Assembly (NCBI GenBank): GCA_964200185.2
Contig: CAXNAD020000041.1
Location: 1 to 37,163, forward strand
Direction of reading: 5' to 3'
DNA length: 37,163 bases
DNA from: Choristocarpus tenellus KU-1152
Taxonomy: Eukaryota; Protista; Phaeophyceae
Made by a program: the position numbers and the translations under genes
Shown: in pieces, positions 25,053 to 36,833 of the stretch
Layout: every line of letters begins with the position of its first letter
Position numbering within the stretch: the stretch's first letter is position 1
The notes under the pieces: model-generated
The model's input: the letters and a program-made list of their open reading frames with translations, nothing else
Databases searched by the model: none
What the model was told of the DNA's origin: nothing

Positions 25053-25224
25053 TTAGCGGTGTCGTCGCAATGCCCAGTTGATGGCAAATGCAGCAGGAAT
25101 AGCTAAGCTAATGCCCACACCAGCCCCAAGTCCAGTCCAGAAGGCCTTTTTCCTGCCCAAAATTATGGCCAATGAGGAATTGCATTCATGTTTACTCAAA
25201 AGGATGTCGGAATAATCCAAAGTT
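25053..25224 (-). CDS. PPIP5K: PPIP5K putative terminal exon with hydrophobic C-terminal helix
   Basis: ggcag|A ACT TTG (phase 2); ...[33 protein letters not shown] (TAA 25055-25053). Confidence 0.6.
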
Positions 25225-28200
25225 CTGCCTGTACACTGTGAGCTTCCTCATCATTCACAATCCAAAACATTCTCACTTCCCACTGAGGTTTCTAGATACT
25301 GATTTTAGATACTGATTTTCCTCATCTGCTACTTAAGACACATTGTCCTTGCATGTCAATATCATACCTGTGATTGTTGCCATGTGGTGGAAGGATATTT
25401 TTTTCATCCTGAACCTCTTTGCGGTTTGATGAGCCCGGTCCCTTAATTTGATCTCCCAAGTACCTCTTTAATAACTTGGCATCACTTCCAGCAGCCATCT
25501 CCCCAATGTGCTCCTTTGCTGCCAAGGCTGACCATACAATGCACTCGGGATTTAGTGTTACGATGAGATGTTATATCATAGACTCTCTAGTAAGAAAAAG
25601 AAAATAAGAATGTAGAGTGACACCTATTGATTTCTCTTCGCTTGGACATACCCCATGGTCAATATTGCTGCTAAATATCTCCACCTCACAGACTTCCATC
25701 GTGTTCAAAGAAAACTACTCATATGTCAGAATAGCTTACACAATTCCGCCACTACCATATCCCAGCACTGAGCACACTTAACATGAACCTCACAGCTCAA
25801 TGTAGAAAACACATTTTTGAGCTTGTGTTCCTCTTGCTATGAGTACACACAAGTGTTTCAAGGTATGTCATACACTTCTGCAACACCTTAAGACACTATG
25901 GTGCCTTACAACTATCAAAGTGCCACATTATCCTACCAATTGCAGCATCCAGGATGGCCTCAAGCTCTGCGCAAGTGAGATTTGTTTGCAAGGGAACAAG
26001 AGGTTCGGCATGCAAATGGTCACCAGCAAGCAGGGTGTGATTTGCCACTCCAGGGCTGAAAAGAATTTCTACCCAGAAACGTGCAGGATCTGAATCCTCC
26101 TGTAACATAAATGTAACATAAAGAGGGGTGGAGTCATTGTGGGTCTCATATCATATTTCTGTCTGTACAGTTAGGAAACTTGAAGGATAAACATAAACTG
26201 CATCACACCCGTGACAAAAGATTTCCCAAAGCACATCCAAGGTTGCTTCAATTAATGATGAGCTATGGATGTAGTAGTACTCAGGAGTATTAAGAACAGC
26301 AAAGAAATGTGTAGAGTGTATCATCATTTTAAAACATTAAACAGCACATGGCTGGCAAGACTGCAATAATGATGGAGGCTAGTCATACAGCCACAGCAAA
26401 GTCATTATCATGGGGCAAGATTTAGTCAAGGGGACAATAGACAGCAGAAAACTCAGCAAATTTTAATGCGGAGAGGCATCACTCATGCAGCACCTTTTCC
26501 ACATTCTCAAAGACTCTGATCACAAACGAGGTGAGATAGCACAGCTCCTTGGTTCGCCCCAGCATTCGCTGTGCCTCCTCTGTCACTGCAGGTGGGTGCC
26601 CTCCAATAGGAAACCTGAGTTGTCAGTGGAGACTTAGAATTGGGATGACAAAGTCACATGGTGCAATAGATTACTTGGTTCCAGTCTGCACATAGTGTGA
26701 TATATGATGGCAACCGAGAAGCATGCCAGTGCTCCTATCACCCGTTGCTTACAAACACCCATCATATGTGTTGACTGGAATACAATTAGTCCCCCTACAC
26801 ATGGTTTAAGGCTGTGCTCACCTGAGCACATTGAGAAGTGTATGGAGGTGTGACTCTGATGTAAAGTAAAGTCGAGTTCGGACACGGCGGCCCAAAGAGT
26901 TGATGGGGAGGTCCTCCATGTGCCGAACATCCAGCCTAAAGCGCATGTCGGCCTCATTGTTAGATCGAGCAACTATCCTGTGCGGGGTGTTCAGAGTTTG
27001 CCCAGATAAAAAAGGTCAACAAATAACCCAATACTTCACGAGGTACTCACAGGATATCTGTGGACATTGTAGCATGTTGTAATGCAAATTGAGGTGCACA
27101 TATCCAAGTCCACAAAATGTAAGGTTTTGGGGGTCCATATCTCTGTCCCTTTCCTGGACCATCTGATTGTGTCAGTCCGTCTGGACATCTGCAGGCCCTC
27201 CATCTCAATCCAGTCCTCAGGAAACCGCTTCTACCGGTATTACCCTCCAGGGAACCTGTAGCCATCAAAAGGCTCACTCCTCATGTTCTCGTATTGACTT
27301 CCTCTTCACCACTTAACCAATGCCAAAAAAGAGGCAAATGCTCTTGGAGGGATTAAGTCAACAGCACAGCGCTATTTCTGTAGACCCTTGAGCTGAACAT
27401 CACACCCAAGCAGCAGGTCCCCATTGAATTGAAGGTAACATTAAAATGAAAAAAATGGTATACAATTACTACTAGCCCTCATGGATGCTGTGTATGGGCC
27501 ACAGTTCAATAAGACACAGCATGATCTTGTGTATGTTTGGGGGTTAAAACCCCCACATGTACTCACAGGTCGACCTTGATTTTCTCCAGAAGGGCACTGC
27601 ACATTTTGGATCCAATTATAAGCTTGTCCCTGGAGTGCCATCACAGAGTTGTGATAGACATTTTAGGGCTTGCTCAGAACAAGATTGCTGTGCACATTGT
27701 CCAAACTGGTGCCTCTGAGATGACATGGCATTGCTTCTGAATTCTCTACCTTTGGTTCTTCAAATACCTCACTGTGATGCCATACTCCTGGGGAACAATG
27801 CAGTCTGCCAAATTTTTGGCCAGGTCATACAACTCTTCCAGGCCTTTGAGTCCCATGTGTGTGTTATGCAGGCAGTCATATCGAATATTATCATGCACGT
27901 CTGGGATCTGAAAAGAAGAGCAGGCAAGCAAGCCAAGAATCAGCAGATATCACCGTTGATACTATGTGATTGATGTGAGGGGATCTACATCTTAGGAGTG
28001 AAATGGGGTTGAGGCATTGAAGTTTCTAAAAGGCTTGAAGAGGGAGCATGCACGAACTACAGGGAGATATCTATAATTCTTGTGATGGGTCGCAGGACAG
28101 GAGGATAGAATGATGAAGGTGATGCCAAAGGAGATACATAGCCACCAACGAAAACATCAATGCACTCCATACCTTTGTGATGTCAAAGCCATGCCCTTCC

Positions 28201-29182
28201 TTCAATAACTCTATGTGGAGTTTGTGCCATCGTTCAAGCATTAAGAATAGTGTCTCTCCACCTGCTGGCATTTGTGTTTCGCTTCCCCTCCCTGCCATCA
28301 CCTCAGCAAGGGAACTCATACTCCCCATACTGTTGGTGCAGTCCTTGCAAGGCGCCATGACATCAACAGTGCACGGTCCAGCATGTACTTAGGAGCAATT
28401 GTTTTGTGTCAGTGACTGAAAACAACACCAACACCAACATCAACATTAACATCAACCAAAAAGAAAAAACACAATTTTTAAAGCATACTGTTATTAATAT
28501 CATAAGAATGTACCGGAGAAATCAACACACACTATTTGCACTTACTTTAGTTCCTGTAACTCCTTGATCTTCCCCTTTCTGGGCTGTCTCCCTGTTGTTG
28601 ACCTTAGCCAAAGGACAGTTGAGTGACATGATATATAGCTGCTCCACAATCTCTGAAATCAGGGTTCGCATGCGGTGTAGCTTTTTCACAGGATTGCCCA
28701 ACCACAGCATTGCTTCACGTACCGATTCCTGGCCTGCTGGAACAATGGTGTCAATATGGTCTCGCGACAGAGTGGTATCCAGCCCCATGATGCGGCTCAT
28801 AAACTCCTTGCTAAGATAGAGCAAGTGGATATAGTGAGAAATTTGCAAACAGAAGTGTTGCTACAGGAGTTTGGTTAATATGGGTGGGAGGTTTAGCTCA
28901 TTTGGCTATGACATATTACATGGCTCCATCAAAAACGTGGTGACAAGAGGTGACAAGAAAGTTAACCATCACCTGCGGTCCATGTCCTTTGTGACGTCCT
29001 TGTTTCCTGACCTATCCAGCATCGCAAAACTGCTTGTTGTACTGTTTACCTTGTGAACAAGGCTTACAAGAATAGGGGTGAGCTCGCCTTCCAACTCGAG
29101 GAAGCCCTTTGCAAAACTTGCTGCAGTCTTCATCACTCTGCCTTCATCACTTGTCCTGATCTTGAGATCATGCCTAAAAGTG
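25053..29182 (-). CDS. PPIP5K: Inositol hexakisphosphate / diphosphoinositol-pentakisphosphate kinase (PPIP5K/Vip1), C-terminal histidine-acid-phosphatase-like half; 5'-partial, 10 exons visible
   Basis: Spliced translation shows PPIP5K/Vip1 motifs [114 protein letters not shown]. Exons: 29182-28973, 28810-28546, ~28343-28173, 27907-27768, 27629-27567, 26977-26822, 26614-26494, 26099-25937, 25527-25368, 25224-25053. Confidence 0.92.
25368..25527 (-). CDS. PPIP5K: PPIP5K penultimate exon (low-conservation linker)
   Basis: ggtcag|CC TTG; open and phase-compatible; donor CAG|GTATGA. Confidence 0.6.
25937..26099 (-). CDS. PPIP5K: PPIP5K exon ([11 protein letters not shown])
   Basis: ttacag|GAG; donor TTG|GTAGGA, phase 1. 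Confidence 0.88.
26494..26614 (-). CDS. PPIP5K: PPIP5K exon ([18 protein letters not shown])
   Basis: actcag|G TTT; donor AAG|GTGCTG. Confidence 0.9.
26822..26977 (-). CDS. PPIP5K: PPIP5K exon ([20 protein letters not shown])
   Basis: gcacag|G ATA; donor CAG|GTGAGC. Confidence 0.92.
27567..27629 (-). CDS. PPIP5K: PPIP5K exon ([21 protein letters not shown])
   Basis: ctccag|G GAC; donor CT|GTGAGT. Confidence 0.88.
27768..27907 (-). CDS. PPIP5K: PPIP5K exon ([11 protein letters not shown]...VPQEYGIT)
   Basis: cttttcag|ATC; donor GAG|GTATTT. Confidence 0.9.
28173..28343 (-). CDS. PPIP5K: PPIP5K exon ([14 protein letters not shown]...FDITK); 5' boundary uncertain
   Basis: Conserved ERWxKL and FDITK; donor AAG|GTATGG is firm, acceptor is ambiguous. 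Confidence 0.7.
28546..28810 (-). CDS. PPIP5K: PPIP5K exon
   Basis: tcttag|C AAG GAG; [12 protein letters not shown]...[14 protein letters not shown]; donor AAA|GTAAGT (alternative donor after 28603). Confidence 0.8.
28973..29182 (-). CDS. PPIP5K: PPIP5K exon (RHDLK...DEGRV)
   Basis: ctcctcag|C ACT TTT AGG; donor CAG|GTGATG. Confidence 0.92.
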
Positions 29183-31556
29183 CTGAGGAGAGTGCAAACA
29201 GAGCAAGCAAAGCAGTCTGTTAAGAATTCATACATAGATTCCAATTGGGGTGGTTCCACAACACAACACAGCCTTGGGAGAAACCAGATATGAACTTGAA
29301 AACATGAAAGGAAGATTTGTCTTCCAGATGGCAAACACGGATTTTGTGCGAGCTCCTGTGAGAAAAGTAACAAGTGTAAACGAGTCAAACATCCTATGGA
29401 AATATGCATTCAGGAAAGTAGGTACAAGATTGTATCCATATTATTAATACATCAATACTGCCCACCCACGTGCACCCACACTTTCAAGATCTCAGAAGTC
29501 AAAGGTGAATAAATTGCTTGTAGAAGGAGTGAGTGTGCTATACATTTTATGCGGTCCACAACAAGAAGTAGGTGGATGAAAGAACACTTGCCTGCAAAAA
29601 ACAACAAATTTCTCCCATTATTTGGGAGATAAGAAACCCCAAACTTTGCTTCTGTAGATATGGAATCACATCCACAGAGCTAGCAACATAGCTTTCATAG
29701 ACTCAGAAGCTCGTCAACTGACCCATAAAACATAGAGCTATGCTGTATAACTCAAAAAATGCACTATAGAGTCTGCATGCAGTATGAATGTCTACCAGGA
29801 CTGAGCTAGCTAATATTTTTACAGTATATTCTAGTACCAGAAGGGAGATGTCAACAGTAAGCCAGTCCCCTCCCTCTTTCACTGACTCTATTGATTGCGG
29901 CACACTATGGTAAGTAAGGTGTAGGGTACCTCTCATAGAAACTTTTTGAAACCCTTTCCTCCTTTGACATATTTCTTCCTCACACATATGAACAGCATAC
30001 ATCCAATATGAAAGACAAAAGTACAACTCCCACCAATATTGTGATATGGATATGGTGGGTCAATGATATGAGTCATCTGGAATGTGTAGAACATGTACTG
30101 TACATGACACATGGTCCATCTGGACACAGACACATGTCTTAATATGACCTCAGGATCAAGACGTAAAGGACAAATCTTCAAGAAGCTCAGATTGAGCTTG
30201 AGGTGACAGTAGTTAGAACTTCAAATTTTCTATTTTTTCACATCCTTAGGGTTATGGTCATGGACATTCACAAATACTACTATGCCTATTATGCCTATTA
30301 TGACTATCCTCTGACATTGGAATATAGAATGAAATGTAAAATGGGTGGACCAGAAGACGTAGGTTCTTCCTGCATTTTGATTCATTTCTTTTGGATCACA
30401 AAATCAAACAAAGAATGCAAAACCCTCAATAGGGTGTTTGCACTAAATGGATTCTTTTTGGTATACCTGCAGAAAGCTTTTTGATGCACCTAGAGAAATC
30501 AGCCTGAAACAAATCACTTTGTGTTTCAAAACACCCAAATCTCATACTCATATCTGAGTTCAAATCATGAACTACAATTTTACATGGGCCTCAGTACTAA
30601 AACAAGTCATGTGAAAAAAAGTACAGGTTTATACTTTAAGCACAAACCAAACTACCATTCAGTGCAGTAATTGTTTCACTACTGATCTCAAGTCGTTTTC
30701 ATAAGTAGGGCTAAACCATTCCAAGTCTTGAACCAGACATGTGATCCTACACTATTTGCATTGTCAAGGGAAGGTCATATTGGTATTATCCCAATGAATT
30801 TTATCATGCCATGTCTTCAGATTGTGTACAGGCAAATGATTCCATACAAGGACTTGCCCAGTGATATATGCCTCAAATTCAAGCTCTGGATATAATGGTT
30901 TGGAAGGGATTACACTAGGTGTACCGATATAAGAGAGTTCGATATAAGAGAAGGGATATAAGAGGGTAAATTGCCCTGTCACAACTTTTCAGAATTTAAG
31001 AGAGGTTTTGGCATTTTCCTACAAGTTCTCTCTTGTATAGAGCAAACTTGCATTTTCTTTCACTACTCAACAGATAGGTTTCCCAAAAGGCCATGTCTAG
31101 AGTTGTATAAAATATAAGAAATAAGCCACAAAGCTGCTCAAGACCAGCAGTACAAAGCATAGCAGTCTTTTGTCTCTCAGTACTGTACAGTACAGTACAG
31201 TATATCACATCAAGTTTAGAAAACTGCATTCTACAGATATGTCAATGCCCTGTGCAGCTGCAACATACAGGGTAACACTCCTGGTCCACCACACCATACA
31301 TGCCGTAACTGTCACATCTGTTGTGACTATCTTCATGGCATTTGCAGCATTGTGGATCCTTTTGGTGCCAGCAAAATGACACGCGTGTGCAAATTTTGTC
31401 TGAGCCCCACCAAGCGCAAGGCTTTGAGTCCTCCAGCCAGTGACAACACGGCATCGAAGCGCCATGATGACAACAACAAGGGCTAGGGGAAGGTGCTGCC
31501 AAATATATCTATGGAGAAAGTGTGTACAAGCCTTGTGGTGCCGACAATTGTAAGAG

Positions 31557-33715
31557 ATGAGCTTTGCAGAGAAGGTGGAAATGTTGACACTCCCAAAGAC
31601 CATGATGGGAACTGGTGTTGCTGAAAAGTTTGGAATCGATCACAGCACCCTCTACAAGTTGAAGAAGGAGGCAACAAACATCAGGGAAAAATCGCAAACA
31701 CTGAAGGCTGACGCCAAGTCTACAAGGGGTACCAAACATGTTGAGGTGCATTGGCATGCGGATTGAAAGTCTGAAAGTAGGTTATTGTGATAGTGATTGA
31801 ATTGTCTTTCTGCACTGTCCACTGATGAGGATCATGATTGAATATTTTTTTAATTTTGCACCCATTTCTGTTGTACTGTAATGTATATACTGTGTACCAT
31901 AGTATCACGAGTGGTCATTTAGATCGTAGAGGTACAACCAAAGTCAGCAGTGAAGTATTCTAGCAGCTGCACCTGAAAACAATTCCAACCCTAAGCGAGG
32001 AACCTACATCAGCAACCAAGAGCTTCTAAACCTCTAAATGGAAGGCAGATTGTCCCTTATGTCATGGTGACCCGAGGGCCTAGTATACATCACGTTCCTA
32101 AGCTCAATGATCCACAACCCAAGCATGGAGCATTGTAATCCAGGCGGTTAAGATTTTCCCTCAGTTTTTCTGTATCTACTTGCCACTTAACGCACCCTGT
32201 ATTATGATAGATTATTAAACCTGGACCTCTTCAACAGGGACACGTTTCAATTTTTTGACTGATGCTGTGACCATGGACTGAGAGTGTTGTTTTTTGAAAA
32301 TAATAAAAACCAAGAACACGACTCGTAGGTAGACTGTTAATGTAAGCTGTTCTGGACAAATTGTATAGCTACCTCCGCACGCTGACCACTCATGAAGATA
32401 CCAAAGAATACACTGATGAACTGCTCATGGTAAGCATATGTTCTAAGTAGATGGACGCCGTTCAGTGCAGTGTGGTGCAAGTTATGTCAGAGGCAATAGT
32501 CCCACAGAGCAACAATCAGCCTGACCCTCACTAATTTCAAGTATCAAAATGTGGATACCACCGCCACTGGGCGCCATTATCTAGAAACAACTCTGGGTGC
32601 CGAGCAGATACTGACAAGACAGCAGATAGATGCTGGTACAATCTGATCAAGTCAGGGTCATATCACCACTGGTTTGGGGTCGTGTCATAGAGTGTAGCAC
32701 AAGATATGTTCAAAACAGTGCCTGACAGGCATGACACACACACATATATCACTCATTTTTTATTTGGGTCCCTCTGCCAAATTATTGTACATACTTGATT
32801 TGTGTCATAATCCAATATGATTTGTGTCATAATCAGATATGAAACCTGCAACACCTCGCTTTGCTTGGTGTCACCCACACAATTTTCATTTTCAGCGTGC
32901 AGTACTGTTACTCTATCTGCTTATTACTGTATCTGCATATTACTGTATCTGCTTATTACTGTATCTGCATATTACTGTATCTGCTTATTACTGTATCTGC
33001 ATGTTAATATATCTGCATGTTACTCTATTTGCATATTACTCTATCTGCATGTTACTCTATTTGCATATTACTCTATCTGCATATTACTCTATCTACAAAC
33101 GCGTTCTGCCAAGACTCAAAATTAATCAATTTTGTATCACCCATCCTCCTGCTAATGTCGTGCCCACCCACCGTCCCATAGGTGGATGACAGTCTTGGAA
33201 CTATTTCAAGAGGCAAGAGCTGCAAAACTACCTGTTTATCGAGCTACCCTTCAGACGTTTGGACGGAAGGCATGCTCTGCTTTCATGAGTGTAATGTAGT
33301 AGTGTAGTAAGAACAGACCAGGAATAAGCCAAGTACAGCCACTTAGTCGCGTTGGATGGCTAGTTGAATAATTTCCTCACATGCAATAAGCTAGTGAGCA
33401 AGGCTCTTCATGGAGAGGTAGGTAGACAGTGTCAACGATGCAGCCATTGCCGACAGTCTGAAAAAAGTCCGCAAAGTGTGTGCCAAGTGCAACCCAAAGT
33501 GCAACTTCAACGTGGATGAAAATTAGTTTTTTTACCGCCTCCTACCAAAGTGGTCTTTTCTCGTGTTTTACTCGCCTGGTCAGAACAACACCATGTGGGG
33601 GGTAAAGGCAACCTATACGAAGGATCTGGTGACAGCCTATATCACAACCAATGCTACTCGATCTCAGAAGATACTGGTATCGTTCATTGGCATCTCCAAG
33701 ATCCCTCGGTTTAAG
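31557..33715 (+). pseudogene. pogo-like transposase pseudogene (spliced, DDE domain truncated)
   Basis: Exon 31557-31745, GT-AG intron 31746-33181, exon 33182-~33715 with in-frame stops and frameshifts. Confidence 0.75.
32908..33094. repeat. 16-bp minisatellite, ~11.7 copies (TTACTGTATCTGCATA)
   Basis: Head-to-tail units inside the pogo intron. Confidence 0.95.
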
Positions 33716-34074
33716 AGAAAAGCGCTCTTATATGTAATAAGAGAGGGTTTTTCACTTGCACCTACCCTCTCTTATATCAATACACCCACTACATTGGTTT
33801 TAGTATTTTGTTCCGAAATAGATCTGAATCTGTTCCGAGAGGTAGAACTAAAATAATGGTCATTTTTCGATGCCATTTTCAGTGATCCACTGTGCTTGGG
33901 GGTGGGTACAATACCCCTCCATTGTCACACAATATCTCAGCACTTCACCAAGAGTCGTACAACTCTTGCTTAGCCTCTGGACTATCTGCGATATGAGCCC
34001 CATAGTCAATATGGCCAGTCTGTCTAGTCCGCTGTCCTTTGACGGAATTCCATTGACCTGGGGTAAAAATTGTG

Positions 34075-34558
34075 AGCTTAGAGAGGAAAATCGAACTGCA
34101 CTGGTCTTATGCTATGCTTTAGCACTACCTCCAGGAATGAAACGACTTCTAAAAGGGAGGGCCAGGGAGTAAAGGTTGGACTCCACCAAGGTACAGCACA
34201 AGAGTCATATTCCTAAGGTGGTACCAACCAGTAGCTTCACCCTCTGTGGCAATCTTGTTTATTTCGCCAGAACGCCACAAGAATTACACAAAAATGTATA
34301 TATGTATATATGTATATATGTATCAAATGAAGGATTTGACAAGAACTTTTCAAAGTTTGTATCCATGAACTTCCAGACTTCGGGGAACAGGAACTATGTC
34401 CCAATCAAATAATAACAAAAACGTGCAGGGATAACTCCGGTGCAATTTTAAAGGTCATGACTTCAAAACGGACAAAACTGAAGTGGTTGGCTGAACTCCC
34501 CACAAAAAACTGATGCGGGTCAGGTCGCTGCCCAAGTTTGGTCCATGTGGTAATACCG

Positions 34559-34590
<32 letters not shown>

Positions 34591-36434
34591 ACGGCGGACA
34601 ACATGTTAGCATCCCTGGAGACATCCCCCGCGCCCACACACACGCGACCCACACAGCAACATGGGCCTCGACAGTGAGAAAAGGAGAGTCACCGAGGCCA
34701 CTCTGCCCCCTGGGTCTATACTTGGCACCTTCTCTTCCAAGAGGCAACGGAAAGGCAAGTACCATGTGACACTCAGTGCGGTGTTAGGTGATGAGAAAGT
34801 GCAAGTAGTGTAGTGCAGCAGCATAATCAAATCACGCAATGAATCACGTGGTCATGACACTAACGCTGAGAGAAGATGCATTGAAAGCATTTCCACAAAA
34901 ATGTGGTTGGATCTTCAACCACATCGGAGCACTGCTCTCCAGTCTCTGCTGCCTCAGGAAAACAGGAAGAGAGCGGCAAGTCCATCACCAAGTGGTACAG
35001 TGACGAAGTCTGTGAGGAAGCCTGGTCACGGCAGATGAAGGGAGAACCAGAGTGGCCGGACAAAGGGAAGGTTGGGGAGGAGAGCAGTGCGACTGCGTGC
35101 CATTGCACTCAGGAAACGCTTAAGTGAAAACCCGGGTGTAGAATATCTTAGTAGTCCACAGTTGCAGCATGTCCTGGCTGTTTGGAAGGTATGCGAGCCG
35201 GAGTGGCTTAAGGAGCAAGAAAGAAGGTGTTAGGGTTAGGCTACAAGGGCTCTGAAGCACAAGAGAAGGTCGAAGGGGCTCACAAGGTGGAGGAGAAAAC
35301 GATTGTAACAAAGGCAGCTGTGGAGACTTTTCGATACCACCAAATCCTTCACTTAGAAGAGGTCGCAAAGCAGGTGGAGGTAGCCATCGATTAGGACGCC
35401 AGGGAAGAAGGAGGTGAGATTGAGAATATTTGCACATGCACACCAATGGTTTACTATTTGCAAGATGCCGTACATTTAGCTTTGTTCCTGGAATTGGGAT
35501 TGGACGTATAAAGTTGATTAAGGCTTTCTCCCAGCCTGCATTAATTCGAGAAATCAACAAAATTATTGATCAACTCAAGCCTGTCCTCCCTCACCCTTGC
35601 GCCTTGATGAAAAAATATATCACCCGTCCAGGAAACACGGACACCGCCTATTTCTGGCGCTCAACGAGGAAATGTGATAGTTAAGACTCTAACACTGTGA
35701 ATCCTGTACCTGTGTATGAAGGACGGGAAAGACCGTCAAACAGCACTCGAGATGGCAGTAGGATATGCAATGGTCAAGTCAGAAACTGTGAGTAAAGGGG
35801 AGAGAGACTTCCTAACTAAGGGCCACGTCAAGGTGTCGGAGCAAGGGCGCTATGAGAGGCGTTTCGTCCTGGGTGTCAACAGGGACATCCTTGCCGAGCT
35901 CAAAGAGTGGGTACGTGAACACAGAGGAAGAAAGGGTGGGGAGGCTTTCTGCCCTACTAAACCCTATACTTTTAATCAAGTAATAGAGCATCTGTTACCA
36001 CTCTTAGTGGCCTACAACCCAGGGTTCAAATTCCAATATGACCCGTCTTAGTTCCAAAAATAAAAATATGGTGAAAAAAAAACAAAGCCCGTGCTCTGGA
36101 CGTCATTGTGATTGGCACCACGAACATGTTTTTATTTTTTAATCCGATGTCTACATCAAAAGCTATGAAGGGACAACCCCAAATGGCAAAGCCACTGGTA
36201 CCACTACAAGGCGATATTCTTGTATGGTGCGATTTTTGAGAACAAGATTGGAATCTAGCGTGTTTGTGTCATCAAGCAAGCGCAGAGAAAATCAGCCCAC
36301 CGTGAGAGGGGGCAGCAGTACGACTTCAATGTGACCATCAACACCAAGTGGTGCTGAGAATGGTACATGGAGACGACCTTTCTCACCACATTGAAGGAAA
36401 AAATGCCGTGGTTGGAGGGTGTAGATTCTTGAGA
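34075..36434 (+). mobile_element. mariner-like transposase fragment (34075-34215 plus 36207-36434) interrupted by a nested element
   Basis: LREENRTA..YAL and VQHKSHIPK, resuming with IFENKIGI*RVCVIKQAQRKS and LKEKMPWL after the insertion; collinear with the uninterrupted inverted copy at 36834-37163. Confidence 0.7.
34216..36206 (+). mobile_element. Nested ~2.0 kb TIR element with decayed ORF, family unassigned
   Basis: Ends AGGTGGTACCA...TGGTACCACTA with ~30 bp imperfect inverted match, flanked by TA/CA; this segment is absent from the uninterrupted mariner copy; internal broken reading frames ~34660-36051. Confidence 0.6.
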
Positions 36435-36487
36435 GGGAGTGAGTGATACAGTATGATAGATGGCCTTGTGAAGGGGGTAAAGAGTAC

Positions 36488-36569
36488 AGAGTATGTACAG
36501 TAGAGTATGTACAGTAGAGTATGTACAGTAGAGTATGTACAGTAGAGTATGTACAGTAGAGTATGTACA
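36488..36569. repeat. 14-bp minisatellite, ~6 copies (AGAGTATGTACAGT)
   Basis: Perfect head-to-tail units. Confidence 0.95.
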
Positions 36570-36833
36570 ATGCAGTTACTTCGGTTAGGGTGTGTGTTAG
36601 GGTTTGGCAGGGCCTTTGTAAGTGGTATAATGAAGTTTTGAAGGCGTTAGGGGGTAACCATTTCAAAGTACTCACACCCTAAGAAAAGGGGGCATGGGGG
36701 AAGTCTGTCAAAACAGATAGGAATCGATAGAGGGGCTTTCAACTTGGTGATGGACGGATGGATTGATGGGTTAGGTTTAGGGTTAAATGCATCTATGAAT
36801 CCAACAGAAAAAAAGTTTTTTCATCAGAGGTTA

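Larger units (their letters stand above)
30913..33791 (+). mobile_element. Degenerate pogo/Tigger-family DNA transposon, internally deleted, with TIRs
   Basis: Left TIR CACTAGGTGTACCGATATAAGAGAG (30913-30937, after TA) matches the reverse complement of 33767-33791 at 20/25. Transposase remnants: HTH_psq-like MSFAEKVEML...VAEKFGIDHSTLYKLKK (31557-31745), CENP-B-like VLELFQEARAAKLPV, LHGEVG.SV, FNVDE, FYRLLP, KDLVTAYITTNATRSQK...IGISKIPRF (33182-33715); stops and frameshifts present. Confidence 0.85.

Noticed and set aside
32817-33189. ORFs 32817-33125 and 32839-33189 (also 36292-36675)
   Set aside because: Low-complexity translations of minisatellites
34559-34582. A24 tract as a retroelement poly(A) tail
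   Set aside because: No TSD or RT/SINE features identified; lies inside a TIR-bounded element
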